DNA from: Spirochaetia bacterium
GTDB taxonomy: Bacteria; Spirochaetota; Spirochaetia; UBA9216
Direction: 5' to 3'
NCBI GenBank assembly: GCA_965140585.1
Contig: OZ223266.1
Coordinates: 1 to 64,000, forward strand
DNA: 64,000 nt
Shown: positions 30,246 through 40,091 of the stretch, piece after piece
Position numbering within the stretch: position 1 is the stretch's first letter
How the letters are laid out: every line of letters starts with the position of its first letter
The notes under the pieces: model-generated
What the model was told of the DNA's origin: nothing
The model's input: only the letters and a program-made list of their open reading frames with translations
Database searches by the model: none
Made by a program: the position numbers and the translations under genes

Positions 30246-31448
30246 ATGAAAATGAAAAGACTTTTAACTCTTTTCTGCGCCCTGCTTCTTGTTTTTACAG
30301 TTGCAGGAAACCTGACTGCCGGAGGACAGCAGGAAACAAAAACATCAGGCGGAAGCGGTAATCTTGAAGCTTCACTCGCTCTTGATAAGACAGCTGATGC
30401 GCTTACAGCAGCAGACGGCCAGCCGCTTATTAAAGTAGGCGGAGCAGTACGTGAAGTACCTGCCAGACCGGCTGATCCCGCAGCACTTCCTGAAACTGAT
30501 CCCCTGCACTGGTGGGATATGGAATTTGCCGGATGGGTTACTAACAAAACAAATATTCCTGAATCACCCAAAGACGGGGCAATTGGTAAAAAGGTAATAA
30601 TGATCGTTCACGGTGACCATCCCTGGACAACAGCATGTACAACCGGAGCTCAGAAGGTTGCCGATGCATACCAGATGGACATCAAAATACTGTCACCCAA
30701 CTGGGACCTCGCAGTACAGAACCAGATGATCGACCAGTCAATCAATGAAAGACCCGACATGATACTTCTTATTCCGCTTGATGCAAAAACAGCACCTCAG
30801 CAGGCGAGAAAAATCAATCAGGCCGGTGTTCCTTTAATTCTTTTCAATACACTTCCTGATGCAAAGGCAATGGATTACGCAATTGCATGGACAGGTCCGG
30901 ATGACTTCGGCCAGTTCAGAATCCTTTCAAAGCTCTGGGCAGATAAGCTCGGCAAGGAAGGCGGCGTTGCATACATTCAGCATGCACCGGGCGGATCTCC
31001 CTACTTCTCAAGATGCTGGGGCCCAATTTCCGAACTTTCACAGTACGCTCCCAATATCAAGGTTCTTGACAAGCAGGCTCCGGGATTTGAAGCAGACAAG
31101 ACTATGCAGCTTGTTTCCGACTGGCTCACAAGATTCGGCGATGATCTTAAAGGTATCTGTGCAGCTGATGACTCAGCCCAGGCTCTTGGAATCTTTGAAG
31201 CTCTCAAGAAAGCAGGACGTGAAGATGTTGTAGTAGTTGCAGCCGGTAACAGTAAGGTCGGTATGGACCTCGTTAAAGACGGAAAGCTCTATGCTATTAC
31301 ATATCAGACTGCAGAAGGCGACGGCGCCCTTGCTGTAAAAACAGCTGCCGACTGGTTCAACGGAAAGGACATTCCTCCTGTACGTTACCTGCCCCAGCAC
31401 ATGATCACAATTGACGACGTAGAAGAATTCTATCCTCCTCAGTGGTAG
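30246..31448 (+). CDS. Sugar ABC substrate-binding protein with long N-terminal extension
   Basis: Signal peptide followed by AGGQQE; type I periplasmic-binding domain starting around GKKVIMIVHGDHPW. Confidence 0.88.
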   Translation: MKMKRLLTLFCALLLVFTVAGNLTAGGQQETKTSGGSGNLEASLALDKTADALTAADGQPLIKVGGAVREVPARPADPAALPETDPLHWWDMEFAGWVTNKTNIPESPKDGAIGKKVIMIVHGDHPWTTACTTGAQKVADAYQMDIKILSPNWDLAVQNQMIDQSINERPDMILLIPLDAKTAPQQARKINQAGVPLILFNTLPDAKAMDYAIAWTGPDDFGQFRILSKLWADKLGKEGGVAYIQHAPGGSPYFSRCWGPISELSQYAPNIKVLDKQAPGFEADKTMQLVSDWLTRFGDDLKGICAADDSAQALGIFEALKKAGREDVVVVAAGNSKVGMDLVKDGKLYAITYQTAEGDGALAVKTAADWFNGKDIPPVRYLPQHMITIDDVEEFYPPQW

Positions 31449-31464
31449 GAGATACAAACTTTGG

Positions 31465-31494
31465 TGACTGCGGCGGTGCAATCCGCTGCGGTCA
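31465..31494 (+). other. Intergenic stem-loop after the SBP gene (mRNA stabiliser or partial terminator)
   Basis: TGACTGCGGCGG-tgcaat-CCGCTGCGGTCA, with no U-tract. Confidence 0.55.
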
Positions 31495-31521
31495 GCTTCA
31501 ATAAACGGACGGAGGTAAGCG

Positions 31522-32688
31522 GTGAAAAGAACGGATAACTGTATAAAAAAACTGAACAGGATAAATACCGCTCTGGCGCATAAGGAGCCCGACAGGGTGC
31601 CTTTAAGCGACTTCTTCTGGCTTACCTTTATTCAGCGGTGGCAGCAGGAGCTTGGGCTCCCGAAAGATGCCAGCCCCTATTACTATTATGATCTCGACTG
31701 GGTTGCAACAACCCCGAATATGGATCCCCATATAAAGGATTTCGAGATCATATCGGACAGCGACGGAGATATGGTAGTACGGACTGGTTTTGAAGCAGTG
31801 ATCCGGCATCGTGACGGAAGACAGATGCCGTATTTTGAGCATTTTGAAACCGATACCATCGATAAAATGATGGCCTTTGAATTTGATGATCCCTGGGATG
31901 AACGCAGATACTTCAGGGGCGGCGACAATCAGATTGCAGGTGTTTCCGAGGTTATCTCGAGAAACATCCCGCCCTGGATCGAAACTGTTAAATCATTTCA
32001 TCCCGACTTTCCGGTATACGGCTCGGTGTGTGAAGGGCATGAGGAAGGCTGGAGAATCATAGGCTCGGAGAATATGATGCTCTGGATGGGTCTCTACCCT
32101 GAGGAGCTGGGCAGGTTTATCAGCCGGGTAAATGAGTTTAGCCTTGAGCTGACAAAGGCCCAGATTAAGGCCGCCGACGGTATGCTTGACGGTATGGTTA
32201 TCTGGGGTGATGTTGCATATGTAAACGGAATGCTGTTTTCTCCTGATTTCTGGAGGCAGCATTTTAAACCGGGAGTGAAGGCAATAATTGATTACTGCCA
32301 TTCGAAGAACCTTCCGGTAATATACCACGGCTGCGGCAATGCTTCGGCCATCTACAGGGATTTTATAGAAATGGGGCTTGATGCATATAATCCGCTTGAG
32401 GCTAAATCGGGTCTGAATGTCATTGAGCTTAGAAAGCAGTACGGACATGATATGGGTTTCTGCGGAAACATCGACGCACTGAACTGGGGAACCGCTCCGC
32501 TTGATCAGCTTAAGGAGGAAGTTCTTACAAAGATGAATGCCGCCAAGGGAGGCGGATACATTGTTCAGTCTGACCATTCCGTACCTGGTAACGTAAGTGC
32601 CGAAAGGTATGAATTTGTAGTAGATCTGGTCCGGAAATACGGTGACTATCCTCTGAATCTAGGAGAGTACAATATTACGGAACTGTAA
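31522..32688 (+). CDS. Uroporphyrinogen decarboxylase/MtaA-CmuA family protein
   Basis: Motifs HKEPDRVP, WGDVAY..MLFSP, YHGCG, FCGNID and QSDHS; GTG start with GGAGG RBS. Confidence 0.88.
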   Translation: MKRTDNCIKKLNRINTALAHKEPDRVPLSDFFWLTFIQRWQQELGLPKDASPYYYYDLDWVATTPNMDPHIKDFEIISDSDGDMVVRTGFEAVIRHRDGRQMPYFEHFETDTIDKMMAFEFDDPWDERRYFRGGDNQIAGVSEVISRNIPPWIETVKSFHPDFPVYGSVCEGHEEGWRIIGSENMMLWMGLYPEELGRFISRVNEFSLELTKAQIKAADGMLDGMVIWGDVAYVNGMLFSPDFWRQHFKPGVKAIIDYCHSKNLPVIYHGCGNASAIYRDFIEMGLDAYNPLEAKSGLNVIELRKQYGHDMGFCGNIDALNWGTAPLDQLKEEVLTKMNAAKGGGYIVQSDHSVPGNVSAERYEFVVDLVRKYGDYPLNLGEYNITEL

Positions 32689-32698
32689 GGAGATTAGA

Positions 32699-33745
32699 AT
32701 GACGCATTTGGAACGATTTTATGCAACGATAGAGAGAAAGCCGGTTGATTATCCGGCGAGCTGGCTGGGCCTTCCGGTTCCTGATGCCCATCAATCGCTG
32801 CTGGAATATTTTAAAATAAGTGATATTGAAGAGATGACTAAGGCTGTTAATGATGATATTTATCCGGTTGAACTGCCTTACCATTCACCGGCAAGTAATG
32901 CGATTTATGCCGCCTTTGACTTTGCGAAGGACTTTGAAACCGACAGGGATGACGATTTTGAGCGGACGCTGACTGCGGCCGGGTTTTTTGAAGATTATTC
33001 CGATCCTTCAAAGATAGACGATTTTGACTGGCCGGTGCCCTCGAAATATATAGATCCTGCTGAATGTACTGCGGCAGTTGAAGCAGCACCTGCGGACAAG
33101 GCAGTGCTCGGGGTCGTGTGGTCTGCTCACTTTCAGGATGCCTGCGCAGCCTTCGGTATGGAAACAGCACTTATGAAGATGGTGCTTGAACCCGAGATGT
33201 TCAGGGTAGTGATAGACCGGATCCTTGATTTCTATCTTGAGGCCAATGAGATTTTCTACAAGGCTACAGAAGGCAAGCTGCATGCCGTACTTATAGGAAA
33301 CGATCTGGGTAGTCAGGAAAGTCTGATGCTGTCGGCTGATATGATTCGTGATTTTGTTCTGCCCGGTACAAGGAAACTGGTTGAGCAGGCTCACCGCTAC
33401 GGGCTTAAGGTTATTCACCATTCCTGCGGATCTATAAGACCGATTATTGATGATTTGATCGAATGCGGCGTAGATGCAGTACATCCTATTCAGGCCCTTG
33501 CAAAAGGAATGGACCCGTATTCGCTTAAGGATGAGTTCGGTGACAGGGTTTCATTCTGCGGCGGAGTAGATGCTCAGTATCTTCTGGTGAAAGGCAATGC
33601 TGATGATGTAGGCAAGAAGGTTGCAGAGCTCAAGACGCTGTTTCCAACAGGGCTTATAATATCACCCAGTCATGAAGCCATACTGCCGGATATTCCACCT
33701 GAAAATATTGATGCGCTTTTTAAGAGCATTAGGCAATCTTTGTAA
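32699..33745 (+). CDS. Uroporphyrinogen decarboxylase/MtaA-CmuA family protein
   Basis: Motifs MTHLERF, GNDLGSQ..LMLS, HHSCG, HPIQ, FCGGVD and SPSHE...PPENI. Confidence 0.88.
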   Translation: MTHLERFYATIERKPVDYPASWLGLPVPDAHQSLLEYFKISDIEEMTKAVNDDIYPVELPYHSPASNAIYAAFDFAKDFETDRDDDFERTLTAAGFFEDYSDPSKIDDFDWPVPSKYIDPAECTAAVEAAPADKAVLGVVWSAHFQDACAAFGMETALMKMVLEPEMFRVVIDRILDFYLEANEIFYKATEGKLHAVLIGNDLGSQESLMLSADMIRDFVLPGTRKLVEQAHRYGLKVIHHSCGSIRPIIDDLIECGVDAVHPIQALAKGMDPYSLKDEFGDRVSFCGGVDAQYLLVKGNADDVGKKVAELKTLFPTGLIISPSHEAILPDIPPENIDALFKSIRQSL

Positions 33746-33810
33746 AGAATTCAAATGAATTTCGGCTGATTCTTGTTAACTTGCATGCTTAACAGGTGTA
33801 TTATAGTTCT

Positions 33811-34755
33811 ATGATTTTTGTTGCAGTAATACTTTTTATCATTTTGCTTGATGCATCAATAATGTTTTATTTTATCCATGCGCTTCTGCTGAAATCCCGC
33901 AGAAAATATGAGTATTTCAGAGAGTACGGTATTTCACGGGGGCAGTACAGCAGAAGCATGGCAGCGGCTATTGAGGAAACCTGGATTAAGTTCCGGATAA
34001 AATCCCCTTTCGGCTACCTTCTTGACGGTAATGCATACCCCGCACCCGGTTTTCACGGCAGGGGGGGCAAGAAAACCATTATTTTTTGTCACGGTATAAA
34101 CTGGAGCCGCTGGGGAATGGTCAAATACATCAAACCATTTCTGAGCTCAGGCTGGAATATTATTATCTATGATAACCGGGCGCACGGACTGAGTGAGGGG
34201 AAATATCCTTCATACGGCTACTTTGAGAAGCATGATCTGAAAACAATTTGTGATTATTCGAGAAGTATTTTCCCCGATACTGAAATTGCCGGCGTTTTCG
34301 GAGAGTCTATGGGAGCGGCAACCGTCCTTCAGTATGCAAAGATTGCCGAGAATCTGAACTTTATAATTGCAGACTGTCCATACTCTTCGCTGGTTGAAGA
34401 GCTTGAGTATCAGCTGCATAGGTATTATATACCGAAATTTTACCATCGTTTCATGCTATACCGCATGAGAATTGCCACAAGGCTTATGGCTCATTTTGAT
34501 ATAGATACGGTAAGGCCTGATGAGGATATCATGGAAACAGATGTTCCTCTGCTGCTTATTCATGGAAAAAGCGACCGCTACGTTCCGAGTTCAATGTCAA
34601 TTGCCATGTACAAAAAAAGAAAAGACCAGTACCGGACTGAACTTTTTCTGGTCGATAAAGCCCGCCATGTCAAAAGCGTAATGGTTGCCCGTGAAAAGTA
34701 TTATGACAGGCTTAAGGAATTTATCAACAGCATAAGTCCTGATTTAATTGACTGA
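33811..34755 (+). CDS. Membrane-anchored alpha/beta hydrolase (YqkD-like)
   Basis: N-terminal TM; motifs CHG, YDNRAHG.S, GESMG nucleophile elbow, IHGKSD and ARH. The start codon is uncertain (33796 or 33811). Confidence 0.85.
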   Translation: MIFVAVILFIILLDASIMFYFIHALLLKSRRKYEYFREYGISRGQYSRSMAAAIEETWIKFRIKSPFGYLLDGNAYPAPGFHGRGGKKTIIFCHGINWSRWGMVKYIKPFLSSGWNIIIYDNRAHGLSEGKYPSYGYFEKHDLKTICDYSRSIFPDTEIAGVFGESMGAATVLQYAKIAENLNFIIADCPYSSLVEELEYQLHRYYIPKFYHRFMLYRMRIATRLMAHFDIDTVRPDEDIMETDVPLLLIHGKSDRYVPSSMSIAMYKKRKDQYRTELFLVDKARHVKSVMVAREKYYDRLKEFINSISPDLID

Positions 34756-35824
34756 ATCCGGCAGGCTTACTCTGAAAATTACGCTTCCATGATTAGTGTT
34801 GAATGCTGTTATTCTGCCATTGTGTTTTTCTACAATAGTTTTAGTGATGTTTAAGCCGAGGCTGTTGCCTTTCTTCTTCTATACTGCGTTGTTTTCGGTC
34901 TCGATTATTACAGAGCTGCTGTTTTTATAAATTTTAAGATTCACACCAATGCTCTCATCGCTGTGAATGAGTGCATTTGAAATAAGGTTGTTGAAAACCC
35001 TTGTCATCAGTTCTCTGTCTGCGGTGAGAGTTTCGGGGGCGTTATCAAGGTTAATGTTAAGGTTTATCATTTCCTGAAGCGCTTCCGCTGCAAAACGGTT
35101 GTATAGATCCTCGCAGAAGGGGATAAGGGGGAAGGTTTCCCTCTATAACTGCGTCAAGCTGACTTCGAAGGGCGGTTACAGGTGATTTAAGGTCATGGGT
35201 AATATCGGCAAGCCATCTCTGCTGAATAAGTTCATCCTTTACAAGCTGTGCAGAGGAACGGCTTATCTGAAATGAAAGAAGTATTGATATGATTACCGAT
35301 AAAATCAGAGAAATAGTGACACCTGTAAGGAAGGATGAAGTAAAGATTTTATCAAAAAAACTGGTGTAGTCAAAACCTATCAACGGCGTTAAAAGGCTTG
35401 AGCAGTATCCCGCAATTTTCCCGTCAACAATTATCGGGTTAATGCTTTTTATGGCAGAAGATTCAGGATTTTTATTTAGTTCATAATTGATCAATTTCCT
35501 GATTATGCCGCTGTAGTCTTTAGTGTTCTCCGGTCTCATCTGTGCGGTGGTATCCCAGCTGAAAACCTTTTCCTTTTCTGCATCCCAGAGTTCAAGTTTT
35601 ATCAGCTGCTCCATCTCTGTTTTTTCCTCTCTGAAAAGATTCCGGTTTTTATTTTCAGAGAAATATTCCGAAAGAAGTGCAGATGCTTCCGTTGACTGCC
35701 TGTGAGCCCAGGCGCCGGAGATGTTAATAAATCCCCTGGTTGTGCTGAAACTTATCAAGAAAACTATGAACAGATTAAGTACTAGAAAGCTCAGCATAAT
35801 TTTTGTCTGCAGCGTTTTCATCAT
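34744..35824 (-). pseudogene. Membrane sensor histidine kinase with internal deletions
   Basis: Two TMs run directly into ADITHDLKSP (no HAMP). A separate frame holds the N-box RVFNNLISNA and a third frame holds GNSLGLNITKTIVEKHNGRI...SVN*. Confidence 0.8.
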
Positions 35825-36022
35825 TATTTTTATATTCCATATCCTCAAGTTGTTCAAACTGCATCTGTTTGAACAACTTGAGGATACACATAAAAAACAC
35901 AATATCAACAAAAACAGGACATTGGCCGCCGCGATTATTACATTGTTTACAATCAATTTACTATCAGTTAACTGGCGGTCTGCTAAGTCAAAGTATATTT
36001 AAAAAACTAACGGAGAGTGAAA

Positions 36023-36285
36023 ATGTATACTATTGCTGCTGTTGAAGATAATGATGCTATCCGCGAAGCGGTTGTGTCCTACCTGAATCTTGAAGAGTGT
36101 TCCGCAGTTGAATTTCCCTGCTGCACCGGCGTTATTGAACATCTTAACTCAAATAATGTTAAGAATTAATGTACTGCTTCGCCGTACAAACAGGAAGCTC
36201 GTTTCTTCCGGGGCATGAGCTTTTCGTGGATAGAAACCTTAAGATGTTACGGTTACTGCTTCTGCGGCACGCCATCAGCCGACTG
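36023..36285 (+). pseudogene. OmpR-type response regulator relic (termini only)
   Basis: GGAG RBS followed by MYTIAAVEDNDAIREAVVSYL...*, then the C-terminal-like segment WIETLRCYGYCF. Confidence 0.7.
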
Positions 36286-36632
36286 ATTCGGGAAAGTCCT
36301 TCATCTTTCAATCAAAAAATCTTCAATAACGAACCACATAGCCTCCATATACTCCACATATAAAGACCAGATCCTGTAGAGGAAAAGACTGTCTATTTTA
36401 CTTGCATTGATTCTGGTTGTCCGCGCGGGGGCTTTTGCCGATGTTGACCTCAACGGAGAATTTATGTTCGGTGTAACAAACCTTGGTGCACTTTGTATTA
36501 GTGCGGGTTTTGTTTTAGCCGGCGGTGATGATATTTTAACTATTATCTATGGGAACAACGGAACAGTTGCCGGAAATGGTGCATCCCTCTTCTTTGATAT
36601 AGACTATTAAGCAATCTTACCGATTAGTTGAT

Positions 36633-36660
36633 GGGGCCTTCCTTATGGGGGTCCTTTTTT
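36633..36660 (+). terminator. Probable intrinsic terminator
   Basis: GGGGCCTTC-cttat-GGGGGTCCT stem (with G-U pairs) followed by a T-run. Confidence 0.55.
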
Positions 36661-36667
36661 ATTAGAA

Positions 36668-36717
36668 TCTCAATTTGAAATTTCAATATGTAATGCAATA
36701 TGAAATGTAAATTGAAA
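36668..36717. promoter_or_regulatory. Candidate upstream activator sequences for the sigma54 activator
   Basis: Tandem CA-N3-TG(A/T)AA dyads TCTCAatttGAAA, TTTCAataTGTAA and ATGCAataTGAAA, about 120-160 bp upstream of the -24 box. Confidence 0.55.
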
Positions 36718-36824
36718 ATAAATTTTTAAAAATCGTATCAAGTAATTTCCCCTGAAAAAATTATAAAAGTATAAATCCCCATATAGCAATAAAATAAAAG
36801 TACATGAAATTTTCTTTTAGTTAC

Positions 36825-36840
36825 TGGCACGGTATTTGCA
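36825..36840 (+). promoter_or_regulatory. sigma54 (-24/-12) promoter
   Basis: TGGCAC-ggtat-TTGCA, the exact consensus and spacing, 48 bp before the first gene. Confidence 0.92.
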
Positions 36841-36888
36841 ATAAGAACAATACTAATTTAATAGTTTATCTATGGAAGGTGCTATACA

Positions 36889-37767
36889 GTGAATGTAGGG
36901 TTTATAGGCTTTGGTGAAGCAGCATATTATGTTTCTATGGGTCTGAAGGATGAAGGCGTATCCGGAATTGTTGCTTACGATGCAATGCTGGAGCATCCTG
37001 TTGCCGGAAAGAAAATAAAACAAAGAGCACAGGAAAGCCGGGTTAAACTGCTTGTTTCTCCGGCAGATACGGTAGATACGACCGATTTCCTTTTTGTCGC
37101 AGTCCCTGCTGTGAATGCTCAGGATGTATGCAATGAAATTACTCCATTTCTAAAAGCAGGGCAGCTGTATATTGATGTGAGCGCTTCGACACCTAAAGTT
37201 AAAGAATCATTTGAAAAAATGGTAGAGAAATCGGGCGCACTATACGTGGATGCCGCTATGCTTGGTTCTCTTCCTCTGAACAGGCATAAGGTTCCCATAA
37301 CAGCCAGCGGAATCGGCGCTGAAAAATTCAAGGAAATAATGTCCAAGAAGGGTATGAATATCACCTGTGTCGGTTCTCAGGCTGGATCAGCCTCGGCAAT
37401 CAAGCTTATACGAAGTGTTTTCATGAAAGGTATTGCAGCACTCATGCTTGAAATGCTTGAAGGTGCTTATAGGTATGATGTGATCGATGAAGTTGTTTCT
37501 TCTCTCAGTGCATCTATGGATGGTATATCATTTGAAAGTCATTTAAAAAGACTTATTACGGGAACAGCTGTCCATGCAAAGAGGCGAGCCGAAGAATTGA
37601 ACGGCTCGGTTCAAATGCTGATGGATCGGAATGTAGATAATGAAATGGTTAAGGCATCAAAATATAAACATGAATATCTTGCCGAATGTCTATCAGGCGA
37701 ACAGGCGAAGGATGAGTATGAAGACATCCATTCAGTACTTGCTGCCATGAAGACAAAGCCGCAGTAA
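36889..37767 (+). CDS. NAD(P)-dependent beta-hydroxyacid dehydrogenase (6PGD/3HIBADH fold, DUF1932-type C-terminus)
   Basis: Motifs GFIGFGEAA, YVDAAMLG, ASAIKLIRSVFMKG and HAKRRAEE. Confidence 0.85.
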   Translation: MNVGFIGFGEAAYYVSMGLKDEGVSGIVAYDAMLEHPVAGKKIKQRAQESRVKLLVSPADTVDTTDFLFVAVPAVNAQDVCNEITPFLKAGQLYIDVSASTPKVKESFEKMVEKSGALYVDAAMLGSLPLNRHKVPITASGIGAEKFKEIMSKKGMNITCVGSQAGSASAIKLIRSVFMKGIAALMLEMLEGAYRYDVIDEVVSSLSASMDGISFESHLKRLITGTAVHAKRRAEELNGSVQMLMDRNVDNEMVKASKYKHEYLAECLSGEQAKDEYEDIHSVLAAMKTKPQ

Positions 37768-37778
37768 AAGGAGAGCTT

Positions 37779-38480
37779 ATGCCGGTTGGTAAACGAATTT
37801 ATTTAAAGAGGGATCTGCCTGATCCTGAATTGGTAGCACAATTTAACAGCATACCTGCTTCAAATTGTGCAGATGTTATGGAAAGATCATGTGCTATGAA
37901 TCCCCGGATCCGGCTTATGAGCAGTCCGTCCAGACAGTGTATTGCAGGACCGGCCTTCACTGTCAAGGCAAGGGCCGGAGACAATCTTCTTATCCATGCG
38001 GCTCTAAATCTTGTAAGTGAAGGTGATATGCTGGTTATTTCAAATGAAGGTGATCAGACCCGTTCACTTATTGGTGAGGTTATGCTTGCTTATCTCTTTT
38101 ATACAAAGAAAATTGCCGGTATTATACTTGACGGCCCGATACGGGATATCGATGAAGTCCACAGCTGGAATTTTCCAATATATGCTACCGGCACAACCCC
38201 GGGCGGACCTTATAAGGAAGGTCCGGGTGAGATAAATGTTCCAATCTCCTGCGGAGAAATCAGTGTAAATCCCGGAGATATTATTCTGACTGATCCGGAT
38301 GGTGTTATTGTGATTCCAAGAAAGGATGCAGAAGTAACTCTGGAGAAGGCAAAAGCTTTCCAGGTTCAGGATGAGAAAAAACTGGCTGCAGCTAAAGACG
38401 GAACTGCAAACAGAGAATGGGTTGGAAAGCTGCTTGATGAAAAAGGTTTTGAACTGATAGACGAAGTCTATCATCCGTGA
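37779..38480 (+). CDS. RraA/HMG-aldolase family protein
   Basis: Motifs GPAFTV, GDNL, IGEVM, DGPIRD and V.PGDII..D.DGVIVIP. Confidence 0.9.
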   Translation: MPVGKRIYLKRDLPDPELVAQFNSIPASNCADVMERSCAMNPRIRLMSSPSRQCIAGPAFTVKARAGDNLLIHAALNLVSEGDMLVISNEGDQTRSLIGEVMLAYLFYTKKIAGIILDGPIRDIDEVHSWNFPIYATGTTPGGPYKEGPGEINVPISCGEISVNPGDIILTDPDGVIVIPRKDAEVTLEKAKAFQVQDEKKLAAAKDGTANREWVGKLLDEKGFELIDEVYHP

Positions 38481-38525
38481 AGGTATCAAAATAAAAATTA
38501 AAATAAAAACTATGGAGGTTTTTTA

Positions 38526-39515
38526 ATGAAAAGGATTTTATCATTTTTACTGATCCTTACAGTAAGTGTCGCCCTGATGGTAAGCTGTTCTGCTAAGTCG
38601 GATAAGACTTCAGCGGAAACCACAACGGAAAAAGCGATAAGCGCTGCAGAAAACTGGCCCGAGCAGCCGATCAATATCCTGGTACCGGCTAAAGCAGGAG
38701 GTGGTTCTGATATTATAACAAGAATCATAACAAAATATATTACTCAGGAAACCGGACAGGCTGTTGTCGTAACCAATGTTACCGGGTTATCAGGTTATGA
38801 ACTGGTTCGAAAACAGGAGCCGAATGGATATAATTATGTTTTCGGAATCACTGGTTTGCTCATCTCGGCAGCCCAGGGGCAGCTTGAATTTGGACATGAA
38901 GCATTTGACGCGGCTTTTACGCCGGGTATGGATTCTTCAAATGGTATCCTTGTTCGCGGAGATTCTCCGTATAAGACTCTTAAAGATCTTTTTGATGCGA
39001 TTGAAAAAGATCCGGAAAGCGTAACAGGCGGTATCTCTATGACCGGTTACCCCTATCTTTGTAGTCTCGCTATAGAAGATGCTCTTGATATCGACATGTA
39101 TTGCATTGATGCTGGAAATACATCAGAAAGATCGGTTGCACTCTTGGGCGGTCAGGTAGATTTTATCATTTCAGGTATGGCTGCTATTACCGGATATCTT
39201 GATTCGGGTGATTTTCGATATCTCGCAATTACTGCAGAAGAAAGAAATAAATTCCTTCCCGATGTTCCTACTTTCAAAGAAAGCGGGTATGATTTCGCTT
39301 TTGTAGATCAGGGTGGATATCTTCTCGCTCCTAAGGGTACGGATCCTGCTATTCTCGAGAAATTCAACAAATTATTTTATGAGAAGATTCAGACTAACCC
39401 TGATTATCAGAAGGAAATGTCCAAATTTGGTATGATTGATGTAAAATATACACCAGATGAGCTGAAAGTTGAATTGGATCACGCAGCAGAAGTATTTAAG
39501 AAATACCTGCAATAA
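38526..39515 (+). CDS. tctC: Tripartite tricarboxylate transporter substrate-binding lipoprotein
   Basis: Lipobox MVSC; motifs WPEQPINILVPAKAGGGSD, LLGGQVD and PDVPTFKE. Confidence 0.9.
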   Translation: MKRILSFLLILTVSVALMVSCSAKSDKTSAETTTEKAISAAENWPEQPINILVPAKAGGGSDIITRIITKYITQETGQAVVVTNVTGLSGYELVRKQEPNGYNYVFGITGLLISAAQGQLEFGHEAFDAAFTPGMDSSNGILVRGDSPYKTLKDLFDAIEKDPESVTGGISMTGYPYLCSLAIEDALDIDMYCIDAGNTSERSVALLGGQVDFIISGMAAITGYLDSGDFRYLAITAEERNKFLPDVPTFKESGYDFAFVDQGGYLLAPKGTDPAILEKFNKLFYEKIQTNPDYQKEMSKFGMIDVKYTPDELKVELDHAAEVFKKYLQ

Positions 39516-39538
39516 AATAATTTTAAGGGATTTTTGAG

Positions 39539-40090
39539 ATGAAAAGCAAAATTGATAGTTTATTTTATAAGCTGGAAATTTATTTTTCTGCTTATCGGCT
39601 GATAGCACTCGGAATTATAATCGCATTGGTATCTCTTTTCATGTTGAATGAAACATCAGATTATGTTCAAAACGGAGGGCTTAATGTCGTCGATAATGCT
39701 GCTTTTGCTCCGCGCCTGATATTTAGCATTCTTTTTTTACTTGGGATTCTGATTTTTATTCAGGAATTGTTAAGGAATAAAGTCTTGCGAAAAGAGATAC
39801 TTAGCAGCGCCGTGGCAAAAGAAATAGTTGCAGGTAATCAAAAATCCCTGATTGTTCTGGGCAGTATATTGTTATTTATACTGCTCATGACTCAAATCGG
39901 CTTTATTTTGTCTTCAATAATTTATTTGATCTCTAATATGATCATAATGAATTCGAAGGAATCGAGAAATGTGAAAATGTACGCAATAATTGCAGTTATA
40001 GTTGCAGTTATAGTTTATTTTTGTTTTAAAGAATTTATCTATGTAAACCTGCCAATCGGGGCATTGTTTAAAGCAGTGTTGGGGAGATAA
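39539..40090 (+). CDS. tctB: Tripartite tricarboxylate transporter small subunit
   Basis: Hydrophobic; FAPR and GF..S motifs and C-terminal VNLP.G; lies between tctC and tctA. Confidence 0.82.
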   Translation: MKSKIDSLFYKLEIYFSAYRLIALGIIIALVSLFMLNETSDYVQNGGLNVVDNAAFAPRLIFSILFLLGILIFIQELLRNKVLRKEILSSAVAKEIVAGNQKSLIVLGSILLFILLMTQIGFILSSIIYLISNMIIMNSKESRNVKMYAIIAVIVAVIVYFCFKEFIYVNLPIGALFKAVLGR

Positions 40091-40091
40091 T

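Noticed and set aside
31522-33745. Heme biosynthesis hemE genes
   Set aside because: They lack the RQAGR motif of true UroD, have HxCG metal motifs, and lie in a sugar transport operon.
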